Of a stretch of DNA of 64,000 nt, positions 20,769-29,479 are shown one piece after another. Under the pieces are notes generated by a model. It did no database searches. It was given only the letters and a program-made list of their open reading frames with translations, and had not been told where the DNA came from. A program made the translations under genes and the position numbers. The stretch comes from an uncultured bacterium (lineage in GTDB: Bacteria > Chlamydiota > Chlamydiia > Chlamydiales > Simkaniaceae). The number at the start of each line of letters is the position of its first letter. Position 1 is the stretch's first letter. The stretch lies in the NCBI GenBank assembly GCA_964350675.1, contig CAYGKJ010000007.1:17176-81175 (forward strand), given 5' to 3'.

Positions 20769-22748
20769 ATGGTTTTTAAACGACTGATACTAAGCTTATT
20801 ACTTATTGGGTTCACCATATTTGCGGACGCTAAGCCTCCAGAATTGACCCCTCACGCAACCCACAGAAAAGCCGAAGAGATTTTCAAGGCCCACGTTACC
20901 TACAAGGAGCTGACCCCTGAAATTGCCCAGAGAGCCCTTAAAAACTACCTTGATGAACTAGACCCCACTAAAACCTACCTTCTAGCGAATGAAATAGCTA
21001 AATGGGAGCACCCTAGTGCTGAGCTCCTTGACGGGCTCGTAAGTGCCTTTAAAAAGGAAAACTTCGACCCCTATGATGAAGTTTATGAAGTGATGATTCA
21101 GTCAATTGCTCGGCGAAACATCCTAGAGAAGAAAATTGAGAACCTCCCCTTGCCCAAAGATGCAAAAACTGCTGATTTTAAAGATATTACGTGGGCAGAG
21201 AATGAAATGGAACTCGAACAGCGCCTTCTTGCCCTTAGAGCCCTCCAACTAGAAACCGCCGAACAGCTAGAAGTCGAGTCAAAGGATCAGTTCCTTCAGC
21301 GCCTTGCGAAACGGCGCGCCAATAGAGAAGATGAAGTTCTTCAGGGAAATAAAAGGAGACTTCAGAAAAGGCAATCGCTTGTGTATTTCCTCAAGAGTTT
21401 TACTGGAGCCCTTGATAATCATACCGTCTATTTCACCCCTCAAGAAGCGAATCAATTTATGATTCAAGTTCAGCAACGTCTCTTCGGCATTGGAGCCCAA
21501 CTTCGCGATGACCTAACAGGTTTCACGCTTGTTAGACTCCTTGATGGAGGCCCTGCCTTGCAAGGTGGAATGCTAAAAGTCGGTGATAAAATCATTGCTG
21601 TTAACCACGAGCCGGTTGCAGGAATGGATATTATCGAAGCCGTAGACTTAATTCGAGGGCCGAAAGGAACAGCGGTTGGCCTTTCGATTCTTCGCGAAAC
21701 GGGTGAAGGGGAAAATAAAAAGGCTGAAAAGTTTGATATTGAAGTAGTCCGAGATGAGATCGTCTTGAAGGAAACGCGCTTTGAAACGGAAAAAATCCCG
21801 TATGGAAATGGGGTGATTGCCCATATTCGTCTCTTTTCATTTTATCAAGACCCCAATGACTCTTCTGCCTCAGATATTAAAGCTGCCCTTGATGAAATTA
21901 AGAAGGACCACCAGCTAGAAGGGGTCGTTTTAGACCTTCGTGGGAATGCTGGGGGGCTCCTCCCTCAAGCAGTCGCTGTGACAGGTCTTTTCATTCAGAA
22001 AGGGGTTGTAGTTTCAATTAAAGATTCAGCTGGGAATATCCAACATCTCCGTAATTTTGATGGGAAGGTGACTTGGGGTGGCCCTCTCATTGTTTTGACA
22101 AACAAAGGCAGTGCTTCTGCAGCTGAAATTGTGGCGCAAACCCTCAAAGATTATGGACGTGCTCTCCTTGTCGGAGACCCGTTCACCTGGGGGAAAGGGT
22201 CCTACCAAACCTTTACGCTTGATTCAGGGAATGTCGATAAAGTGAATCCTCAGGGAGAATTTAAAGTCACCCGAGGTCTTTACTACACCGTTTCAGGAAA
22301 GAGCCCACAACTCACAGGAACAAAAGTGGACATCGAAGTTCCTGGCGGGCTTACAGAACTTGAGATCGGAGAATCCTACGCAAAATTTCCCCTAGAAAAT
22401 GATGAGATTCCCCCTAACTTTATCGACAATCTCAGTGACATCCACCCTTTTCATCGAGGAAAAATGATGCGCATGTATAAAAATGATCAACAACCCCGCA
22501 CTGATCTCTACGGAAAACATCTTGATCGATTAAAATCCAATTCTGGTCTAAGAATCGCTCAAAACACAAACTACCAGAACTTCCTAAAAGAAGTTCGCAA
22601 AGAAGAGTTTGATGCAGATACAATAGAAATGTATGGGCAAAACGACTTGCAACTCGAAGAGACAGACAATATCATGAAAGATCTAATCCTTCTTGAAAAA
22701 ATCTCAGCACAACATACACAGCCGCTAAAGATGGCTGCTGGGGGCTAA
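20769..22748 (+). CDS. tsp: tail-specific (C-terminal processing) protease, S41 family, with signal peptide and PDZ domain
   Basis: It has a signal-like N-terminus, a PDZ region (GDKIIAVNHEPV) and an S41 core (VVLDLRGNAGGLL, GSASAAEI). Confidence 0.88.
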   Translation: MVFKRLILSLLLIGFTIFADAKPPELTPHATHRKAEEIFKAHVTYKELTPEIAQRALKNYLDELDPTKTYLLANEIAKWEHPSAELLDGLVSAFKKENFDPYDEVYEVMIQSIARRNILEKKIENLPLPKDAKTADFKDITWAENEMELEQRLLALRALQLETAEQLEVESKDQFLQRLAKRRANREDEVLQGNKRRLQKRQSLVYFLKSFTGALDNHTVYFTPQEANQFMIQVQQRLFGIGAQLRDDLTGFTLVRLLDGGPALQGGMLKVGDKIIAVNHEPVAGMDIIEAVDLIRGPKGTAVGLSILRETGEGENKKAEKFDIEVVRDEIVLKETRFETEKIPYGNGVIAHIRLFSFYQDPNDSSASDIKAALDEIKKDHQLEGVVLDLRGNAGGLLPQAVAVTGLFIQKGVVVSIKDSAGNIQHLRNFDGKVTWGGPLIVLTNKGSASAAEIVAQTLKDYGRALLVGDPFTWGKGSYQTFTLDSGNVDKVNPQGEFKVTRGLYYTVSGKSPQLTGTKVDIEVPGGLTELEIGESYAKFPLENDEIPPNFIDNLSDIHPFHRGKMMRMYKNDQQPRTDLYGKHLDRLKSNSGLRIAQNTNYQNFLKEVRKEEFDADTIEMYGQNDLQLEETDNIMKDLILLEKISAQHTQPLKMAAGG

Positions 22749-22753
22749 GAAAC

Positions 22754-23482
22754 ATGGAAAGGTTGGAAGATCTTATGTCTCAATATAATTACTTCCTGCT
22801 CGATGCGTATGGAGTATTTTGGGGATCCGCCAAGCATGGGCTTTTTTCTGGAACTAAAGAGGCCATGAAGCATTCCTTTCCCCACTCCTCAAAAGAAATA
22901 TTACCTTTTTGGAACCGATCACCCTCGTTTCAATTCGCTAGCAATTCTTTTTCAAAAAACAGAGTATTCTCGCACCGAGAATATTCATGAGGCCGATTTT
23001 ATTTACATCGCCATCCCTCATATCAATGGGAAAGATCAAGAAACTTCCAGCGCATTTCTTAAAGATGTTCAAGCTACTGCAAAAACGGAACTTCCTGTCC
23101 TTTGTGCAAATCCTGATCGATATGCGCACGAGGGATTCCCCCCCTAGACTAGTTGTTCGCCAAGGAACTATCGCCTAATTATTTCAAGAAGAGGGATCCT
23201 CCGTCTTTATTTATTGGAAAACCCTATATTCCCATATTTGAAAGGGCAATGGAATTTTTTCCAGCCCAAGTTCTTCCTCATGAAATATTAATGGTGGGAG
23301 ATACTCCTGAGACTGATATAAGAGGTGCGCGTCAAATGAAGATTGCATCAGCTCTCGTTACTCAAACTGGTGTGATGAAAGAACTCATTGGAAATGAAAA
23401 GCTATCCTTTATCCTAAACCAACTCCCTGAAACTGATCGACCCGATCACTTTATCCCTTCTTTAAATCTTCATGAGCTTTAA
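22754..23482 (+). pseudogene. HAD-superfamily (subfamily IIA-like) hydrolase, disrupted by several frameshifts and a nonsense codon
   Basis: Family-like sequence is spread over three frames. Frame of 22754: YNYFLLDAYGVFWG (DxDG-like motif). Frame 0: ..EADFIYIAIPH..PVLCANPDRYAHEGFPP, ending TAG 23145 right after a C7 run. Frame 1: RLVVRQGTIA, ending TAA 23176. Frame of 23153: FIGKPYIPIFERA..MVGDTPETDIRGA. Confidence 0.75.
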
Positions 23483-23795
23483 GCTGCACCAGAATTTCTT
23501 ACCCAAATTTTTTCTTCATAATTTCCCTTTATGCAAAGTCTTGCTTGAAGATGAGCGCCATTATCCTTGGCTCCTGCTTATTCCTAGACGTAATCATCTA
23601 TCAAAATTAGTAGATCTCTCAAGAGAAGATCAATTGCAGCTAAACAGTGAGCTCAATATTGCTCAGCAGATACTTTTGGAAAAATTTCACCCTGATCAAC
23701 TCAATATCGCCGCTATCGGAAATATAACCCCCCAACTTCATATCCATGTGACTGCCTGTTTCAAGGACGACCCTGCTTGGCCATACACGGTATGA
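23472..23795 (+). CDS. HIT-family (histidine triad) protein, ending at an in-frame TGA that replaces the family-conserved Trp codon
   Basis: The histidine triad PQLHIHV is followed by DDPAWPYTV-TGA. The same frame stays open for 29 more codons (DHSIRASYSNAEREDMIQALREAFLGVTF) to TGA 23883-23885. Confidence 0.7.
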   Translation: MSFKLHQNFLPKFFLHNFPLCKVLLEDERHYPWLLLIPRRNHLSKLVDLSREDQLQLNSELNIAQQILLEKFHPDQLNIAAIGNITPQLHIHVTACFKDDPAWPYTV

Positions 23796-23948
23796 GACCA
23801 CTCCATCCGTGCTTCCTATTCCAACGCTGAACGGGAAGACATGATCCAAGCTTTGCGAGAAGCCTTCCTTGGAGTCACCTTTTGAATTTGTTTGGGTATA
23901 ATTGAGAAAAAGGCTAAAATGGCTCTTTTTAACCAAAAGTAATTTCTC

Positions 23949-25448
23949 ATGGAAGTCCGCACACGTATCGCCCCCTCACCGACTGGAGATCCGCACGTAG
24001 GAACACCCTACATGTCTCTTTTTAATTTAATCTTTGCTAAGCATCATGGCGGAAAGTTTTTACTCCGTATTGAAGACACCGACCAGTCTCGGAGCCGTCC
24101 CGAATATGAAGAGAGTATTTTTAAGTCTTTGAAATGGCTAGGCATTGAGTGGGATGAGGGTCCTGACGTAGGAGGCCCCTATGGGCCTTATAGACAGTCT
24201 GAGAGGACAGAGATTTACCGAGAATATTGCCAAAAGCTTCTCGATGCTGGACATGCCTATAAATGCTTTGCGACTCCTGAAGAACTTAAAGAAATGCGAG
24301 AGCTTGCATCAGAGATGGGAAAGCGCGTGGGATACGACCGCCGCTATCGCAATCTGAGCGCTGAAGAAATTCAAGAGAGGGAAAATGCAGGACAGTCCTA
24401 TGTCGTGCGCTTAAAAGTTCCACTCACAGGTGAATGCGTTTACGAAGAAATAACAAAAGGGCGGATTACAACCCCTTGGAGCGATGTTGACGATCAAATC
24501 CTCCTAAAATCAGATGGCTTCCCAACCTACCATCTAGCAAATGTCGTTGACGACCACTTAATGAAAATTACGCATATCATTCGGGGAGATGAATGGACAT
24601 CTTCGACGCCGAAACATATTCTCCTCTATGACTTATTTGGATGGGAAAGACCCAAATTTATGCATATGCCCCTTCTTCTTGGCTCTGATGGAAAGAAGCT
24701 TTCAAAACGAAAGAACCCTACCTCCGTCTTTTACTATAAGGAAAGTGGTTACCTCCCTGATGCATTCGTTAACTTCCTAACCCTGATGGGTTACAGCATG
24801 CCAGAAGATAAGGAGATCTATACTCTTGATGAGATTATCAAAGACTTTTCAGTAGACCGCGTTGGCGTTTCTGGGGCATTCTTTGATGTAAAAAAACTCG
24901 ATTGGATTAACCAGCAATACTTGATCAACAACATCCCTGAAAAAGACCTTTGGGAGAAGATCAAAGAATGGGGGTTTTCTGATGAAAAGATGGCGAAGGT
25001 CACCCCCTTGATCCACACCCGGATCAAAACATTTGGGGAATTTATGGAGCTTTGCCAATTCCTTTTCGTGAACCACTTGGATTACTCTGAGGAGATCCTT
25101 TGCCCTAAAGGGACCGCTAAAGAAACATCCGCAGAAATTCTGCAGTGTATGATCTGGAGCATGGAAGCCCAGGAAAATTGGGGACGGGAAGGTTTTGAAA
25201 AAGCCTCAAGGGAAATGGCATCCCTCTTTGAAGTAAATCATAAAAAGGTAATCATGCGGATCCTTTTTGGTGTGATCACCGGAAAGCATCAAGGACCACC
25301 TCTCTTTGATTCCGTTTCGATCTTAGGAAAAGATCGGACGCGGGCACGCCATCTCAATGGCATTGAATTCCTTGGAGGAATCTCTAATAAGCGGATGTCT
25401 GCTCTAAAGAAGAAGTGGGATGGAAGGATTCCCCAGATGGAATCATAA
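23949..25448 (+). CDS. gltX: glutamyl-tRNA synthetase
   Basis: RIAPSPTGDPHVG is the HIGH-type motif and KLSKRK is the KMSKS-type motif. Confidence 0.93.
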   Translation: MEVRTRIAPSPTGDPHVGTPYMSLFNLIFAKHHGGKFLLRIEDTDQSRSRPEYEESIFKSLKWLGIEWDEGPDVGGPYGPYRQSERTEIYREYCQKLLDAGHAYKCFATPEELKEMRELASEMGKRVGYDRRYRNLSAEEIQERENAGQSYVVRLKVPLTGECVYEEITKGRITTPWSDVDDQILLKSDGFPTYHLANVVDDHLMKITHIIRGDEWTSSTPKHILLYDLFGWERPKFMHMPLLLGSDGKKLSKRKNPTSVFYYKESGYLPDAFVNFLTLMGYSMPEDKEIYTLDEIIKDFSVDRVGVSGAFFDVKKLDWINQQYLINNIPEKDLWEKIKEWGFSDEKMAKVTPLIHTRIKTFGEFMELCQFLFVNHLDYSEEILCPKGTAKETSAEILQCMIWSMEAQENWGREGFEKASREMASLFEVNHKKVIMRILFGVITGKHQGPPLFDSVSILGKDRTRARHLNGIEFLGGISNKRMSALKKKWDGRIPQMES

Positions 25449-25551
25449 TCTCCTCATCAAGTGTATCGGAAACGATATAGTGCGGATTGTAGCCACTAGA
25501 GGCGCATCCCAAAAGAAAAAGAACTGATAAAAATAAAACGCAGAGTTTCAT
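25384..25551 (-). CDS. possible small lipoprotein (55 aa), not in the ORF track
   Basis: My own translation of the minus strand gives MKLCVLFLSVLFLLGCASSGYNPHYIVSDTLDEEIMIPSGESFHPTSSLEQTSAY, with a signal peptide and the lipobox LLGC. Its 3' 65 nt overlap the convergent gltX end. Confidence 0.35.
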   Translation of the reverse strand: MKLCVLFLSVLFLLGCASSGYNPHYIVSDTLDEEIMIPSGESFHPTSSLEQTSAY

Positions 25552-25564
25552 ACCCTCTATTTAC

Positions 25565-26665
25565 ATGACAGAATATAATAAAGACAACCCTTTCCCAGCA
25601 AAAATTACTGAGCGTTTTGTCCTTAATAAAGAGGGCTCCACAAAAAAAACGTATCATATAACCCTCGATCTTTCAGATTCGAATGTCTCTTACTCACCTG
25701 GTGATGCTGTTGGAATCTATCCTGAAAATCCCATTGAGGAGGTCACCTCCCTCTTAGAAGCTCTAAATCAAAGTGGGAATGAGGAAATCACTGACCCTCG
25801 CTCCGGAGCTACAATGTCTCTGGAACATTTTTTAAAAACCAAAGCTAACCTTCTTCGAATTCCCATTCCTATTCTAAAACTCGCAGGAGATCCCTCCCTT
25901 CTTGGGGACGAAAATAAAGAAGCTAGAGTGCAGTTTGTTAACTCTCATGATCTGACCGATTTTTTTAAGCTTCACCCCCCGACGATTCCTTTGCAAGAAC
26001 TCATCTCCTATTTAGCTCCTCTTCTTCCTCGCTTTTATTCGATTGCTTCCTCACCTAAAGTAAACCCTAACTCTATTGATCTTCTCGTCTCAACGTTTAC
26101 CTATACCCACGGAAAAAAAGTGCGTCAGGGGCTTGGCTCTCATTTCCTTTGCAACATTGCAGCGATGCACCACACTCCCATCTACACTTACCTCCACCCC
26201 ACACCTCATTTCGTCCTGCCGAAAGATCCTACTACCCCTATTGTTATGATTGGACCGGGAACAGGGATTGCCCCTTACCGCGCTTTCTTGCAGGAGAGAA
26301 ACGCACAAGAAGCCCCAGGAGCAAACTGGCTTATCTTTGGTGAGCGTAACCGCGCAACAGATTATTATTATGAAAACTTCTTAGAATCTTTAGAGAAGAA
26401 AAACTTCCTCCGCCTAGACTTAGCATTCTCACGAGATCAAAGTGAAAAACTCTATGTTCAACACATGCTTCTTAGAAATGGCCTTGCTGTTTGGGAAATG
26501 CTGAGCAGGGGAGCTCACCTTTACATTTGTGGAGATGCCCGCCACATGGCAAAAGATGTAACCGCAGCTCTTCACACAATCGTGGAAACACATGGAGGCA
26601 AAGATCCAAAACCATATATCAAGATGCTCCGCAAAGAAAAACGTCTTTTATTGGATGTTTATTGA
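25565..26665 (+). CDS. CysJ-like FAD/NADPH-binding oxidoreductase (sulfite reductase flavoprotein / CPR C-terminal module, no FMN domain)
   Basis: It has RFYSIASSP (FAD motif), GPGTGIAPYRAF (NADPH motif) and a family-typical C-terminus, LLDVY-stop. Confidence 0.85.
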   Translation: MTEYNKDNPFPAKITERFVLNKEGSTKKTYHITLDLSDSNVSYSPGDAVGIYPENPIEEVTSLLEALNQSGNEEITDPRSGATMSLEHFLKTKANLLRIPIPILKLAGDPSLLGDENKEARVQFVNSHDLTDFFKLHPPTIPLQELISYLAPLLPRFYSIASSPKVNPNSIDLLVSTFTYTHGKKVRQGLGSHFLCNIAAMHHTPIYTYLHPTPHFVLPKDPTTPIVMIGPGTGIAPYRAFLQERNAQEAPGANWLIFGERNRATDYYYENFLESLEKKNFLRLDLAFSRDQSEKLYVQHMLLRNGLAVWEMLSRGAHLYICGDARHMAKDVTAALHTIVETHGGKDPKPYIKMLRKEKRLLLDVY

Positions 26666-27141
26666 GATGCCGTTGTAAGAATGCAGTAACACATCATTCC
26701 TTCACCTCTCCCAAAGGCAGTAAGGCCATCGCCTGAAGTGAACGTGATTCCAACCTGATCCATATTAACTGACAACGCACTGGCAACGCTACTGCGAATG
26801 TCATTAGCCCGCTTTTGAAACTTGGGGCGTTTTCCTTCGATGGTCAAGGCAACATGTTCAATGACTTGATCACCGAGGGTTTCTATAGCTTTGTCTAAGA
26901 AAATCCGACTATCGGTCACTCCGTGATTTCTACAGAGATCGATCGCGATTCCCCCAAGGATTGGAACATGCGTCAGGGAAGTGATGGCATTACAGATAGC
27001 ATGAAACACAACATCTCCATCGGAATCGGCATCAAGCCCTGGCGCCCCTTCGAAGGGAAGTCCGGCAATGACACATTTTTTTTCCTTTCCATCTTGTAAA
27101 AATCGGTGACTATCTTGTCCTATTCCTGTACGGTATCTCAT
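26659..27141 (-). CDS. ispF: 2-C-methyl-D-erythritol 2,4-cyclodiphosphate synthase
   Basis: RTGIGQDSHRF, DSDGDVVFHA and the trimer-type 160-aa length all fit IspF. Confidence 0.92.
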   Translation of the reverse strand: MRYRTGIGQDSHRFLQDGKEKKCVIAGLPFEGAPGLDADSDGDVVFHAICNAITSLTHVPILGGIAIDLCRNHGVTDSRIFLDKAIETLGDQVIEHVALTIEGKRPKFQKRANDIRSSVASALSVNMDQVGITFTSGDGLTAFGRGEGMMCYCILTTASQ

Positions 27142-27156
27142 AGAAGGAGATTATAA

Positions 27157-28095
27157 ATGAAGACACTCCATATCTGCAATGTCAATTTTGAATGGGAACT
27201 TGAAACCCATTCTTCTCTTGGACTAAAAGAATCTTTCATGGTTCATCCAAATTTTTTGCAGCTTCAGTTTCTCCCTTTTCTTTACGCTAAAGACGGCGAC
27301 GGAGTGGTTGTGAGCCATCTACCTCCAGAAATGCCAAGACATTTAAATGTACATCTTTTTGACGATCCGATGGATGGATATGACCGGATTGAAACATGGG
27401 GATGGTCAAAAGCCATCCAAAAATGGACCTCTCTTCCCTACCATGTTCCCAAGCATTTGCGAGAAATGGCGTCTAAAACTTTTGCCTTCACACATAGCCC
27501 TACACTTCCCGGGGCAAAACTTTTGCATCATCCTCAAGAAGTAAAAGAGTGGCTTCATGAAGGGGTGTATCCCAAAGTGGTGAAGACCTGTTTTGGTTTT
27601 GCAGGACGGGGACGTTGGATACTGCAAAAAGAAAACGATCTTCCAACGGAGGCTTTCAAAGAGTTTGAAAAAGGCCATCTATTAATTGGAGAGCCTTGGG
27701 TAAAACGTGAAATGGATTTTAGTACACAATGGATGTTAAGCGATGAGATCATTTACTTGGGATCCACTGTAATGGAAAATACAGAGTGGGGCGCATACAA
27801 CAAAACCTATATTGGAAAAGAAATCCCCTTTTTAAAGGAGCATTTAGAAGTTGCGCAAATCCCCTTGAAACGACTGTTTGAGATGGGTTTCCGGGGCAAC
27901 TTGGGAATCGATGCAATGATTTATGACCAAAAGCTTCATCCTATTGTTGAAATTAACCTAAGAAAAACAATGGGTTGGCTCGCGTTAATACTTGGGAAAA
28001 GCTTGTCTTATGAAAAAGGAAATGACGGCATCCTTCCAAACTATTTACAAGTTGGAAAAGAAATCACGTTTCAGAAACAACTGAAGTTGCTATGA
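27157..28095 (+). CDS. conserved hypothetical protein with ATP-grasp-like features
   Basis: KTCFGFAGRGRWILQ (Gly-rich loop-like) and HPIVEINLRKTMG (E-x-N-x-R, ATP-grasp-like) are present. The assignment rests on motif resemblance only. Confidence 0.55.
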   Translation: MKTLHICNVNFEWELETHSSLGLKESFMVHPNFLQLQFLPFLYAKDGDGVVVSHLPPEMPRHLNVHLFDDPMDGYDRIETWGWSKAIQKWTSLPYHVPKHLREMASKTFAFTHSPTLPGAKLLHHPQEVKEWLHEGVYPKVVKTCFGFAGRGRWILQKENDLPTEAFKEFEKGHLLIGEPWVKREMDFSTQWMLSDEIIYLGSTVMENTEWGAYNKTYIGKEIPFLKEHLEVAQIPLKRLFEMGFRGNLGIDAMIYDQKLHPIVEINLRKTMGWLALILGKSLSYEKGNDGILPNYLQVGKEITFQKQLKLL

Positions 28096-28105
28096 TACAA
28101 ATCGT

Positions 28106-29455
28106 ATGGACTCATTTAAGATTACTGGTGGAAAACCTCTAGAGGGGCACGTCAAAGCTGCGGGCGCAAAAAATGCGATCACTAAGATGCTTGTCGCCTC
28201 TCTGCTTTCTGATAAGAAGTGTGTCTTCACAAACGTCCCCGATATTTCTGAAGTAGAAACAACCGTCAATCTCTGCAAAGAAATTGGAATGGAAGTAGAT
28301 TGGGCTCGAAAAGATGGACGGATGGAAGTGGTCACAAAAGAGATCAAATCCTCATATGTCCCGCTGAATTTTTCCGGAGCCAATCGGATTCCGATACTCA
28401 TGATGGGGTCCCTATTAGGACGGACCCGAGAAAACATTATTGTCCCTACCGTGGGAGGATGCAAAATTGGAAAGCGTCCTGTAGATTTCCATGTTATGGC
28501 CTTAGAAAAGCTTGGGGCAATTGTCGAATACCGCACTATAAAAAATGAACATGCCTACTTTGCCCATGCTCCTGAAGGAATGAAAGGAGCCATTATTGAG
28601 CTGCCGTACCCCTCTGTGATGGCAACCGAAAATGCAATCCTTGCCGCATGCCGCGCAAAAGGACGCACAACGATTCATGGAGCCGCCATCGAACCCGAAG
28701 TTATGGACTTGATCCTGTTCTTGCAAAAGCTTGGCGTTGTCATTTATGTCGATATGGATCGAACCATTTATGTCCAAGAAACAACCACCTTCTATGAGGT
28801 CGAACACAAAGTGATTACAGACCGCATTGAAGCCGCTTCCTTTGGAATGGTTGCAATTGCAACACGCGGACGGGTTTTTGTAGAAGGTGCGCAGCAATCC
28901 CACATGATCACCTTCCTCAATAAACTTAGACAGATCAATGGTGGCTTTGCCGTAAAAGAAGGTGGCATTGAGTTCTTTTATCAAGGTCCACTTAAAGGAG
29001 GCCTCCATCTCCAAACCGACGTTCATCCTGGCTTTTTGACTGACTGGCAACAGCCCTTTGTTGTCCTTCTCACCCAGGCCTATGGCAGTTCAGTTGTTCA
29101 CGAAACAGTCTATGAAAACCGCTTTGGTTATGTCGACACCCTTCTAAAAATGGGCGCTCATGTCGAGCGCTTTACACAATGTCTTGGGGACCGCCCCTGT
29201 CGCTTTGCCTCCCAGAACTATCAACACAGCCTGATCGTCAAAGGACCCACCAATTTCCGGGGGATGAACATTGAAGTTCCTGATCTCAGAGCAGGCTTTG
29301 CCTATGTGATGGCAGCCCTTCTTGCTCCTGAAGAAAGCTCTCTAACAGGCCTTCCTTACCTCGATCGCGGGTATGAAAACCTTGAAGGAAAACTCCAATC
29401 TCTCGGCGCCGACATCGAAAGGGTCATGGCCCCTGAGCCCCTGATTGCAACTTAG
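28106..29455 (+). CDS. murA: UDP-N-acetylglucosamine 1-carboxyvinyltransferase
   Basis: MDSFKITGGKPLEGHVKAAGAKNA.. is present, and the active-site loop VGGCKIGKRPVDFH retains the Cys (TGC 28460-28462). Confidence 0.93.
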   Translation: MDSFKITGGKPLEGHVKAAGAKNAITKMLVASLLSDKKCVFTNVPDISEVETTVNLCKEIGMEVDWARKDGRMEVVTKEIKSSYVPLNFSGANRIPILMMGSLLGRTRENIIVPTVGGCKIGKRPVDFHVMALEKLGAIVEYRTIKNEHAYFAHAPEGMKGAIIELPYPSVMATENAILAACRAKGRTTIHGAAIEPEVMDLILFLQKLGVVIYVDMDRTIYVQETTTFYEVEHKVITDRIEAASFGMVAIATRGRVFVEGAQQSHMITFLNKLRQINGGFAVKEGGIEFFYQGPLKGGLHLQTDVHPGFLTDWQQPFVVLLTQAYGSSVVHETVYENRFGYVDTLLKMGAHVERFTQCLGDRPCRFASQNYQHSLIVKGPTNFRGMNIEVPDLRAGFAYVMAALLAPEESSLTGLPYLDRGYENLEGKLQSLGADIERVMAPEPLIAT

Positions 29456-29479
29456 CATTAAAGAGGCTATACTGTTTCT

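Noticed and set aside
23793-23795. The idea that TGA is generally reassigned to Trp in this genome
   Set aside because: TGA terminates other genes exactly at family-typical C-termini; the CysJ-like gene, for example, ends ..LLDVY-TGA at 26663-26665, and recJ ends at 18674-18676. The other decayed loci use TAA and TAG, so a single nonsense mutation or a sequencing error is more parsimonious.
28090-29050. Two long minus-strand ORFs (148 aa and 182 aa) opposite murA
   Set aside because: These are antisense shadow ORFs within a strongly supported murA gene. The translations are low-complexity and Cys/Phe-rich, with no recognisable motifs.
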